Assembly: GCA_013239625.1 (NCBI GenBank)
Contig: MU054323.1
Span: 3,958,161-4,022,160, forward strand
Reading direction: 5' to 3'
DNA from: Lama guanicoe
Lineage: Eukaryota
Length of the DNA stretch: 64,000 nucleotides
Shown: positions 11,201 through 23,200 of the stretch, in pieces
Layout: every line of letters begins with the position of its first letter
Numbering within the stretch: the first letter of the stretch is position 1
The notes under the pieces: generated by a model
What the model saw: only the letters and a program-made list of their open reading frames with translations
Database searches by the model: none
Told to the model about the DNA's origin: nothing
Made by a program: the position numbers and the translations under genes

Positions 11201-14200
11201 ATCGAGTACCTTTAGAATTCAAATAAGTGCTGGCCTCACTGGCAATAATCCCTGAATATTCCCGTGAAAGGACAGAACCCTTGACATCTCCTTTGGTAGA
11301 TGACTCAATAGAAAAGTAAGAGGTGAGGCTTTCTAAGCTGAGCTTATGGTCAACTGCCCCCATAGCAGTAGAGTACAGTTTGGGGGAATTGAAATTATAC
11401 TTTAATTCAATGGATGAAGAGACAGTAGGTTTTGATTTGGTATTTCCATTAAGCTCTTGCTTGAAATTCATTCTCAGAATTGGAATGTGGACTCTTGCAG
11501 TAGTTGTCACTGATGCATCCACGTTTTTCTTGGTGAAGCTAATGGTACTGTCATGACTGCCTGCCACGAATCTGTTATTACTCAGAGACAAAGCTGTGGC
11601 TAACTTCAACCCTCTTTTCCTTGTCACACTTGAGGTGCCCTCTAATTTGTACTGCAGGGCATTGATGACAGAAGAAGAGGAAGTAAGAAAATGAGCAACA
11701 ATATCTGATTGGTTATAAAGTCCAACATTGGTATTCAGTGTGATGACACTTGATTTAAAGGAAAAGTCATAGGTAATATTGCCCATGGCTGGAATTAAAA
11801 TTTTGTTTGGGGTACTCAGTCCCTTGAGCTCTGGAAGAGAAAACTCAAGAAGATTCCTGGGGACATGAAGGGCTGGCAGCTCTAGGAAAGGCAGGACTAA
11901 TGTGTATGAGGGCACATAGATGCCAGAGCCTGGAATGGTGATGCTGGGAGTGCTAATCTCCTTTGGGATCACATAGCTGTACGGCAGCATCTCCATGGTG
12001 AACGGAGACACTTCGATGTTGATAACTGGAATAGTATATCCAGGAATTTGAAAGGTCTTGGGCTGCTCGTTGAGGGATTTTTCAACCTTGTACTTATCAA
12101 ATGTAGTTTTTGCTTCATTATAGGATTTGTTAAAAAAATATAAGGCCTTGTTTCTGACTTTCTCAAAATGCCTGTTGAAGGAATGGATGTTATGATTGAT
12201 AAGCGCATAAAATGCATCCAAAGGAACTGAGATGGAATGCATGTCTTTGTTTTTCTTATACTGAGCCTTCACACTTAGATCAAAGGACTGCTTTGTTGTT
12301 TTCAAGAATCCTTTCAAGCCCGTCTTTTCCCATAAGGAGATATCCTTCACCTGGGGAGTTGTGAGCCTTATGTAAGGTAGAGTCACTTCAGGGATTGTTA
12401 AAGGAATGTTTAAGAAATCCAGGTTGGCTTCTCCATTTATTCCTACGTAGGCCTCCGTGATTTTCTCATTGTTTACAGCAGAGAAATTTTGATTGTACTT
12501 ATAGTGGTTGAACCTGGCACTTGCTTGCCAACTTGCTTGCTGGGCACCAGGACTCAGAAACAGTGCATAGTTGTTCAGGAAGTCTATCTTGCCCGTTAGT
12601 TTTAATGGAAAACTAACTCTCAAATTTCCTTCATTGTTTGTGGATGCAGTAATTTCATATGGCTGGGATGAAAAGAAAAGTGAATTTTTCAAAGTTCCAA
12701 TAACTTTTCCATTTAAATGAGCATCATGGTTGCCAGTTATCTCTGCCTTCCCTTCTCCAAGCAGGACCATGCCTTTGGCAGTGAGAACACTTCGGCCCAC
12801 ATACTGGCATTCGGCTTGTGACTGGACTTCAAATTTAGAAAAGTTGAGGAAGCCAGATTCATAAACCATACTTTGGTTTACTCTTAGGTATTTGCTATAT
12901 ATCTTATTAGACAACCCAAAGGAAGTGATGGGTCCCTCCACAGTAAAGCGAATTTGTGCTTCATGTGTTCCCTCGTCTGAGAACTTGTGGCGTGCCAATT
13001 TCCAGGATCCTGTTCCAGAAGAAGTCCATGCTATGTGTCTAGCTTCCAACAGAGTCTTGATTTCATTGCGCAGGTCAGCCTGACTGGAGAAGTCCAGTTT
13101 GGGGATGTTCAATTTGTGGAAGTACTTTGTGTCGCTGTCCAGGGTAAGCTGATCAGTTATCTTGACGAGCACACCATTACTAAGCTCCAGTGTATTTTTT
13201 TCTGTGTGTAAACCTGCCACTGTGTTTGATTTTCCCTCAATAACCTTCCCAGAAAATAGCACTTCACTCTCGTGCTCCGTTTTCAGGTACTTGCTGGAGA
13301 ACCTCACAGTCTCCTTCAGAACCAGTGGCTTAGTTGTAGGGTCTGACAGTTGTGCATTTGCTTGGAAATCAAAATTGAGAACTTCTAATTTGGATTTTCC
13401 TTCGGCAGTGAAGGCAGCTTCAATCTCTGCCTTACTAGCTGAAGCAGTTGCATTCTGAATGTTAGCATTTGCATCTAATACGAAAAGGGGAGACTGGATT
13501 TTCAAAAGGCCATACAGCTTACCAAAAGTAGGTACTTCAATAGTGTGTGAGATGTGGGGAAGCTGGAATTCTGGTATGCGAAGGTCAGAAACTTGGAAAT
13601 CTGTAAGGTTGAGATTTGGAATTACGAATTCTGGCACTGTGATTTCTGGTAAGTGGAAGTCTGGCAGAGTGATTCTAGCAAGAATAGTGTCCACCCCGTT
13701 CAGATCCCTCAGGTACACTTCCGGGACTGGCCACTGCAGCTCACTGTTCAGCATTTGGTCAATGGTTCTGATGATCTTTGCTTTTATTTCTACCAAGTCA
13801 ATTGTAAATGAAGGGACGTGGAAGGTATTGAGGACAGTAAATTCTGGCGTGGAAAATCTGGATGGGATTTTTATATCTTTCAACTTTTTGAAGTTTATCT
13901 GAACCGATGGAATCTTCAGATCTGTCAGGGGGACTGTGAAGTCAGGAGTCTGGTATGTAGCCTCCTGAAGGGCATGGAGACTGACTTCAAAGGCAGGTAT
14001 GGTCCCGAAGGTGGTCTGGATTTCGGGAACAGTGAACCCTTGTTCTACCAATGCTTTCAGGTTTTCAGCCCAGTCTTGGATAGAATACTGTTCTGCAAAG
14101 TCAGTCAGGTTCTTAGCAGCAAGACTCCACCAATCAGAAATGTAAGTGACCAGCGTGTTGTAAACCTGGCCAACTAGGAACAGGTATCGCTGAGCTTCCC

Positions 14201-17200
14201 GCTGCAAATCCATTTGATACATTCGGTCTCGTATGTCTTCCAGGATCTCTTGGAATTTGGCTTTCATGTGAACTACAGACGTGGAATTTAAAGTCCCCTG
14301 TAGCCAATCAAAGAATACAGTTATTTTGGTGGCACCTAGGTTTTCCATATAGGCTGAGACCACGGACTTCACGTCCTCTGCAAACAGTTTCAGTGCTTCA
14401 GCTTTCTGTGGAAGTTCCAGAGCCTGAATTTCACCATTGATTCTCTGAGTCACCTCACAAATTTGATGATTGGTTTTATCTACAAACTGGTGGTAATCAA
14501 ATGACCTTAATGTCTTTACCAACATGTCGAGGAATTTGTTTACTTCTTCAACAAATTGTTTAAAAGATAATGCTTCAAGCTGTTTGAGAGCAGCATCAAT
14601 AAACCCAGTCAATTTCTCAACATGATCTTCGATCTTGACTTGTTGGAGGACACTGCTTAGCTTTTGAACAGTCTCCTGCAACTTGTATTGGCGGACCAGC
14701 TGCACTGATTTATTCATTAAAATCTGGATGTGCTGGTCTATTTCATGCATCTTAATTAACTCATGGACAATGCCTCTGAAAGCATTGATTTCCTCAGTTA
14801 CTTCAAAATCTTCAAACAGACTTACAACACAGTATTTGATATATTCAATAATCTCCTTTATTCTTCGAAATGGAATTGTTCTCAACTGATCTAAAAGCAC
14901 TCTGACATCAATAGCTTCAACCAGTTGTTTTAACCTTTCAGCAAGGTGTTGGATGTCTATATTCTGAATCTGTGTCTTGAACCGTTGTAATTTTTCTTGT
15001 ATCTGGATTCTGATTTGATACTCAGTATCCATATTTTGAACCCAAGATGCAGTACTAGTTCCAATTTTGTTAAAATTAATCTTTTCAATAAACAAATATA
15101 GATCATGGATTTTCTTTACTAAATTTACACGGATATGATAATGTTCATCAAGAATTTTCAATTTTTCAATGATTTGATCAATAATCTTAGCAATAGCTGC
15201 CTTAAAATCATGTAAATCATAATTATCTTTAATATACTGATCAAATTGTATCACATATGTTTGTAGTTGAGATAGTTTCTCATTAAGCTTGATTTTGGCA
15301 CTGTCTAATGCCATTTGTAAATCATTTTCTGAAATTCTGTAATTTTTTGTGAAAGCAGTTAGTTTCTCCTTGGCACTCAAAACTTGTCTCTCCCAATTGA
15401 ATGCATTCAGATAATCATTAAGTTGCTGTGGAAGTCTGCCCAGAACTGCTACGTATTTTGTCATGGGTTGATCAATATTGATGCGTTTCAGTTCTCTCTG
15501 TATAGCTTCCAGTGTAACTATAACTGCTCCCCGAGTCTTCTCAAAATATTGTGGCAGGATTTTAAAGAATGGGAGGTTGATGGTGTGCACATCTTGGTTC
15601 TTATCGTATTTCACAGAAGCAACAATAGTGAATTTTTGGGGCTGGTCAACAGCATCCCTCATCTTTAAAGCATCAATTACATTGATGGGCTTGTTGAGTA
15701 AAAATGGTACCGTGATAGGGATGTCCAGCATAGTGAGGTCAGCCAGGGCTTGTCCACTGAGCTCAACACCAACTTTGTCTTTAGTGTTGTAAGCATCCAA
15801 TTCCTGGCTGTATTCATTTTGGTTCAACTGTGTCTTGAGCCTCCAGGTGCCTGTCTGCTCGGCCAGCGTGAGCAGGGCACTGACTTTGTGATCAAGAGCA
15901 GTACTCATGCTCCTGTTGGACATGAGACGGTGACTTGTGGAGCCTCTGTAATCATGAGAGAAAGTAAAGGCCAGAGGTTCTGCTTTCAACAGAAGTTTGC
16001 TATACAGTTGCCCAGTGTGTTGTCCCCAGAGAACCAGTTTCCCGTTGCCATTTGTATGTGTGTCGACGGTCACTGTGAATGGGGCCATCACAGAGCGGAA
16101 AACATTGCTGAAGTGCAGTGAGTCCGAATTGTAGTTTGTACTGATGTCAATGGCTGAAGCTAGCCCAGCGATGTTTGTGTTGAGCCGGTGGCTAAACTCT
16201 GTTCCCTGCCCCTTAGCTACAGTGTCTGCTTTATAACTTGCTGATAAGTCAGCATAAGAAATAGTGTAGATGTGTTTTATTTCATTATTTTGGTAAGTTC
16301 CTTTTATGGTCCCGCCCACATTCAGCTTCAGGGGCTCTAGCCGTAATTTGCCAGTGTTGGTCACATCCAGAGCACTGAATTTCAGGTCACTGTTTAAAGT
16401 AGTCACCAGAGAATAGGGCTGCAGCTTTAGATTAACATTTTGCTTATAATACTTGTCAGAGCTATAAATGTTGTCAAGTTTGGAAGAGAAGTCGAGTGAT
16501 AACCCTGCAATGTTCAGGTTGTTTGTGTAGTCAAGTTTCATTTCAGCATATGAGCCCATCATGTCATTTGAAAGCTTAAGCCCCTCCTGGTTGATTCTGA
16601 AGTTGAAAATGTTTTTGCTGTCGACACCCAGAATCATGGCCTGATAAGCGCTTCCCAGTGATACCTCTGTGAGGGCAGCTTTTCCATCTAAACTGAATTT
16701 CGCATTGTGTTCCCTGAAGCGGCCGTTTGTTGTCAATTTCATAGACGCTCCAGAGAGGCTGAGTGCTGCGTTGAGTTCATTCTCCAGCACCAGGGGACTA
16801 TACTTCAAGTTGGTCGTTGCGCTGGTAGACACTCCATCTTGGGAAATCCTCAGTGTTGCCTTGTGAGCCCCACTATTGATTTTGTCCGTGCTCAAGATGT
16901 CAGCATTCAGTTCAAGGCCATGAGAGTTTAGTGAGCCAGAAAGCAGGGTGAAGAACCTCAGTGACTTGTAGTCAGCGTGATACTCAGAACGCAGCAGGGC
17001 ACTTTGCTTAGAGAAGGTCAGATCCACCTTGTTAGAAGTGGCGAAGTCCTCATACTTCCCATTGGTGTCGGATTTCAGGGTCAGCTCATAGTTCTCGTAT
17101 CTCAAGGAAGCGGTATTTTTCATGATGCCACCTTGCAGATCCGACGTGGAGGTAAGGGAGATGGTTCCATCTTCGTAGCTTCCTGTTATCTGGTTGGTGC

Positions 17201-20200
17201 CCTGGAGGTAGGAGGAATTAAACCTCAGATTGGATTCTCCACTTAGCCGGCCAGTGGTGGGGTCCCTCTGATAAGACAGGCCATATGCGCCTTTAGCGTA
17301 GAACGAAGAGGCTCCAAGATGCCCATTGATCTTGACTTCTTTGACATACAAATGCTGTTTCTTTTTTGAGTCCAAATGGACTGAAGCAGATATCTGTGGT
17401 CCCCAGGCACTAGAGGCATCGAATGTTAGCAAACTTTTTGAGGCTGGATTCTTTCCATTTTTTTCCACGTGACTGAATTTGACATTTGAATCCAGAAATT
17501 TGTGGTGTAGAGACCCATCACCTGATAAGGTGAGAGTATTCCTGTGGTCATAGGCTGTTTTTCCAGATCCTAACATAAAAATCAAAACATACTGGTTAAA
17601 TTACATAACACATTTTCAGAACAATTTCTATATTGAAAATCTTTCAATAATGAAGTCCCACTGGTCTGAGTCAGTTGTGTCATAGTCTCCCCCACCTAAA
17701 ACAGGAGCATAAAATCTGATAGCAAAAGGCATTCCTCCAGGAAGCCTTTCCTGACCACTATAGACCTTGCTGGGTTCCCTTGTCAAGTGCCTCCACTGTA
17801 CCTTATACACTATACCCCATCATGGTACCTCTCACATTGACTTCTTATTGCCAGTTTAGCTATCTGTTTTCTCTTATTGTCTACTAGAATACTCGATACA
17901 TATTGTGTGTTTAATAAGTATTTTTGGAGCGAGAGAGAGAGGGAGAGAGAAGTGAAAAAGAGTAGACTTCCAACTGCAAGAAAAGTATCTGTAAGAAAGC
18001 CCAAGCTTTCCCCTTTGTAGAGGAGGCTGTCCCTGGAACCTGCAGTGAATTAGCTCTGTGCACCCTCTCCTCGAGCGTAGCTCACCTTGCACACTATAGG
18101 AGAGCAGGTCGACCACGGAATCAGCCTTCATGTGATACTGAGCCTGAAGGCTCAAGTGGTCTGTGCTGGTGTTGCCGCCAGTATAGGAGGCGGACCAGTT
18201 GTACAAGTTGCTGTAGATATTTGCAGAGAGGTCTAGAACACCCAAGAGAGGCACCTGCAGTGGGTACAATCTGGGAATGGTAAAAGTGGGGACTTGGAAC
18301 TCTCGAGGTGGCAGGTAGAATCCCACAGACTTGAAGTTGAGGGCTGGTGTCCAAACAGTCTTGAACATCTTTAGATCTTTGGAGGATTTGCCACCAAAAG
18401 GCAAAGGGATCTCGATTTTCATACTGTGCTTGTTCAAGGTGTATCTGATCCGACCGTCACTGAAATGAAGAGCAGAGACAGTGTCCCCACAGTCAGCAGC
18501 AAGTTCTCTGCCTCCCGACCTTCTGAGCAGTAGTGCACGTGCCCCGCTCCAGTCCCAAACTGCACTGCTCCTCCTGCTCCTCCCCGCGCCTGGAGTCCCT
18601 TGGCTTTAACCTAACCTATCAAACACTCACATCCATTCAAAACCCTTCCAAGAGCTGTGTCCTTATTACTGCCATCCTGTCTAAGTCATAGTTAACTTCT
18701 CTTGTTATTACAGCAACACTATCCTTTACACCGATTTTAAGGAGTATGTCATAATTCTGCTTATGTAAGTTATACTTATTTGTTCATTTGTCAGTGTCTA
18801 CACAGTGTCTTCCTGGGGGGAAGATTACACTTTATCCAGTTTTTATCTTCTCACTGCACCGAGTCTAGTACTGCACAGAGGACTGCGCTTGATATATATT
18901 TGCTAAACTGAAGAGGCAACTTGATATGTGGAAAGCGCACAGGTGTGGAAGTCAGTAATCTTGGGTTACAGCATTAGCATCCACTCATTGGTGATACCGT
19001 GTTAGTGAATTTGCCTTTCTGGGTCTCAGTGACGTTATCTGTGCAGTGAGGATAATGGACCATTTCTGCTGGTCTCACAGAGCTGGCCTTGGATATGAAA
19101 CAAGAAAAAAAAATATCTAGAAGCACTTTGCAGTCTTTTCAATACTATGCACATCCAATGGACTGTTACGACAACTCATAAGAAGAAAGCAGGATGGCAG
19201 GGTTTAAGTGCTGTAAACAAATAAACTGTTCACTGCATGACTCCATGAAGGACAGGATGCTGCCTGGCCAGGATCCTGACGTTCAGCAGGGGGATGCTTG
19301 AAAAGCCCTGTCCAGTTCTAAGACCCCGTGGTCCTGCCTTGAAAAGCACAGCACAGAGAAGACTGCTGGTCAGAAACTCTAGTGGTGAAGGAAGAGGTGC
19401 CTCTGAAGCTGCTGGCTGTTTCTCTTGCCTTCCTGTCTCCTCTGGATGAGTGCTTTGGTGGAATTTCAGCCCTTTCGCACACTTATTTGGTCTATTACTG
19501 CTCAGCCACAGACTACAGAAAGGCCCGTGTGACACAGGGCACTTGTTCTCTTAACCCTGAAGATAACACAGAGTCTACAATCCAGGACAGACTACAGTCT
19601 TTTCAGCTTATGCTCCAGCTTTTAAATTTTCATGGCAGGAATCAAAGCATCACATCTAAGTATGGAAGGGGCCTGAGCATTTTAGAATCTGACTTCCCCA
19701 TAAGGATGACGCCATACTGCTAAAGTGACACATCCTCTCAGAATCTGCCTTCATTCCACGCCCCGTGGCTGTTCTGAACCTCTGAGCTCAACAGCGAGTC
19801 AACAATCCTGCTAGACACTCCTAAATTCTTCACAATTATGAGTATATCCTGATCCTGAATAGACGAGGAGTTCACTTACAGTGGAGGAAAACCGAATGGT
19901 TTTCAAATTGTAGTGAATAAATAAAACTTGTTAGGGTGAAAGTACCAGAATCCCCCAATTTCTTAGGTTTTTTTTTTTTTTGACTGGGTTGGCATTCACA
20001 TATCTGACCTCTGCCACAGTATTTATGCTACAGTTACTAATCTCCTTAAAATGCTCATTTCCTTTAAAATGTAAATTTGAAAAAGTCTAAATCATGCTAA
20101 GTAAAATCTTCTATTTACTTTCCCTGGTTCAAGAAACTTTTCGGGATCCTTTATTTTTACCTTTTCAAGAAGAGCTTTTCTGGGATGTGGAAGTCTAGCA

Positions 20201-23200
20201 ATTCCATTTTCTGGAGGTACAACTCTTGTAGGCCACTGAAATGATCTCGTAGCTTCTGGCCATAAGGAAGATTCCTAGATGCCTCCAGAAGCCATATATT
20301 TGTTGCCTACAAAATAATACAGCTTTTCAGAGCAGTGGACATGGATGGGCATCAAATCACAATGAACATTAGGTGCTGATCCATATTTGGCAGATCGATC
20401 ATTAAGCAGGATGATGTATTGAAAGTTAAAAAAAGAAATCATAAAAAATTATGAATTTTGGTTGTCATTAATCTCTTCCTGTATTTTATAAAAGGAACAT
20501 ATAACATAGTCAAACCCCTATCCAGTGTCCTGAAGCTCCCTGTGATATTTTAGGCACAGGAAATGCTTCTGCTTGGTAGTATTCATTTGATATTTATCAC
20601 ATATAGCCATGTAACTGGGTAACTACACACTCATGAGTGTTTCTTTTTCTCCCCAGGAATTCCCTGGGGGCACGAAGCCTGCCTTTATCCACCCTTGGAT
20701 ACTCTCACCTAACTCAGGGTTGACTATGTAATTAGCACTTTATAACTTTGTATTTATTGACTGGTTTGTACTTACATCTATTAATTTAGAACTCATGTCC
20801 TGGAAAGTCATGTCTGTTGGAGGAACTCTGTGATTCAAGAGACGGCTGGCATACGTATGCAAGCTTTTAGAAAAATCAGAGAGGTCCATGGGGAAGCTGG
20901 AAGCTGCTTTTTTGGTGTCCACGTTGGAGCCTGTGTTCCACTCAAATTCAATCTTCTCTTCATCTGCAAACACACACACATGAAACAGTTGTCAGTAGTA
21001 GCGGGTGAGGCCCCACCTGTGGCTGCCAACACCGCATTCAAGCACTCGGTGCTCTCGGAAGTGCTCAGGTTGGGAGGAAGTACACACCGTAACGCCATGC
21101 CAGCTTCTTGGAAATCGTTGAGCCGTACGCTGTAGCGGATGAGTCCATCTGGAGGAGTAGTTTGGAGGGAGACCACTGGGTGAGGACCTCACTTCTGGCT
21201 TCTGCTTGCCAACGGGGTATGGAAATAACACCTTTGATTTTGCCTTCTTCCTTCCTGTCATAACTATTGAAAAAAACAGTTGACATCAGTAACTTTGTTC
21301 ATTCCAAGGGGATACGCAGGATTAAACAAAAGTTCCATCTGGGACAATGAATACCTGCCACATGAATGGTTCAGAGAAATGACCCAAGATTAAACTCATT
21401 AACTTCTAGAGCCAACTCAGCACAAATTCAGGTCTTTCTGAGGAGGTGTGGGAGAAAAAGTTTTCAAAAACTGTTTGAACCCTGCTCTCGCATTTACCGT
21501 CTCCATTGCCTTGGCCAAATTATTAAATTCCTCTGAGCTACCATTTCCTTGTCCATAAAACAGGGAAACTCATACCTGCCTTGCAGTTTGTTGTGACTCA
21601 CTGAGATAGTTTCTTTAAAGCACCCAGCGCACTGCCTGATGAACAGTAAGTAACCAGTGCATGGAAGGAAGGTCCAGCTGGACGTGTGCAGAGGGTCAGA
21701 ATGTTGAGGGCTCTGTCTGCCTCTCGGACTGTAGACCAGGGATGCCCCTGGTCTGGTCAGCTCTAAAGCTGAAAAGGAAGAGAGGAAAGAGCCACGAAGG
21801 CCCGCAGCTCAGGTTAGACCCCCTTGAGCCTTCCTTACCTTATGTGGCCGGTGAGGGTGACCTCAGTGATCTTCTTGTTCTGAAAGTCCAGGGTGAGCCT
21901 GTAAGATTGTTTTTCCTTAGCGGAGTCATCACTAACTCTGAGGACTGTTCCAAGGTCAACGTCAAAATCTGGGATTTGGATTTCACTGGACAGAGTCTTA
22001 CTCTGCCGATTATATCTGAACATCAGAGTAGCCTCAGTTTGCTTCATACCTGGAAGTATGTACAAGAGAACCAAGGCGTGTATTCAGAAACCATGTTTAG
22101 GAAGGAAAGACAGAAAAAGGCAGAGAAACCCCCAAGTACTTAATGTGCTTAAAAGAGGACACAGTTCAGGATTTAACCTTAAACTTTTAACCCAGTGGTA
22201 CTCGCACATTTGTAAATATTTGCTTATGGCTTATCACGTGCTAGGCACTGCTCTGGGCACTGGGAGTCCCTACCCTCCTAGAGCTGACATTCTCGTGGGA
22301 GGGGTACAGACAATAAGAAAGTAGATTATTTATGTCAGGTGGTAATAAATGTTAGGAAGAAAAGTAAAACTGGGTAAGATGATGAAGGATAGAAAGGGAC
22401 AGAAGAGGTGCCAGAGTTGGTGGTCAGAGTTCCGATAAGGGGGTATGTGGGCAGAGACTTGAACAAAGAGAGAGGCTGAGCCATGCTGCCTCCTGGGGGT
22501 GGGCGAGAGCATTCCGGGCAGTGGGAACCGGAAATGCAAAAGGTTCTGATATGAGAAACACTCAGCGTGTTCGAGGAACAATACGGGCTTGGAGTCCTTC
22601 TGTGTCAGGGGAACATGACATCTTTATAGGACCCTCTACCTACAAACCTGTCCCGGTTCCTCGCTTCCTTTGTCACAGGATTCTCAGTTTCCCTCAGTCC
22701 ACAGGTGTACCCATTTTATATCTTTTCTTGTCACATGACACTTTTTTCAGTATGTATCCCTTGCATGCACCCCCTCTCCTGTGGGTTTTGTTTTTCTCAT
22801 TTAATTGTGTGACATACAGGTAAAAAAATCTAGGTAAAAAATCTTCTAAAGTGAGCATCTAAGTTTCCCCATCCCCTAAAACCTGCTCCTCCAGTAGCCT
22901 TTTCCATCTCAGTAAATGGCAACCCCATTCTTTAGTTGCTCGGGCCTGAAACTTAGAGCTGTCCTGGCTGCCTTTTTTCTCTGATAGTTGTCCCAATCCA
23001 CTGTCTCAGCAAATTTTGTCCACCTAATCTTCAAAATATGACCAGAATCCAACCACTTCTCAGATCCCCGTTGCCACCACTCTAATCCAGAGCCACCATC
23101 TCTGGCCTGGACTATTGTGACAGCCTACATACTGGTTTCCCTGCCCTGGTGCCCCTAAAGTCTTCCCTCCACATAAACATAAATCAAACAGTAGCTTCTT

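Noticed and set aside
15170..15185. Additional TGATCA mooring-like motif between the two editing positions
   Set aside because: No cytidine at the required 4-5 nt upstream spacing and only a partial mooring match
10056..17246. Many + strand ORFs (60-147 aa) antisense to exon 26
   Set aside because: Expected shadow ORFs opposite a long coding exon; no recognisable product, start context or splice structure
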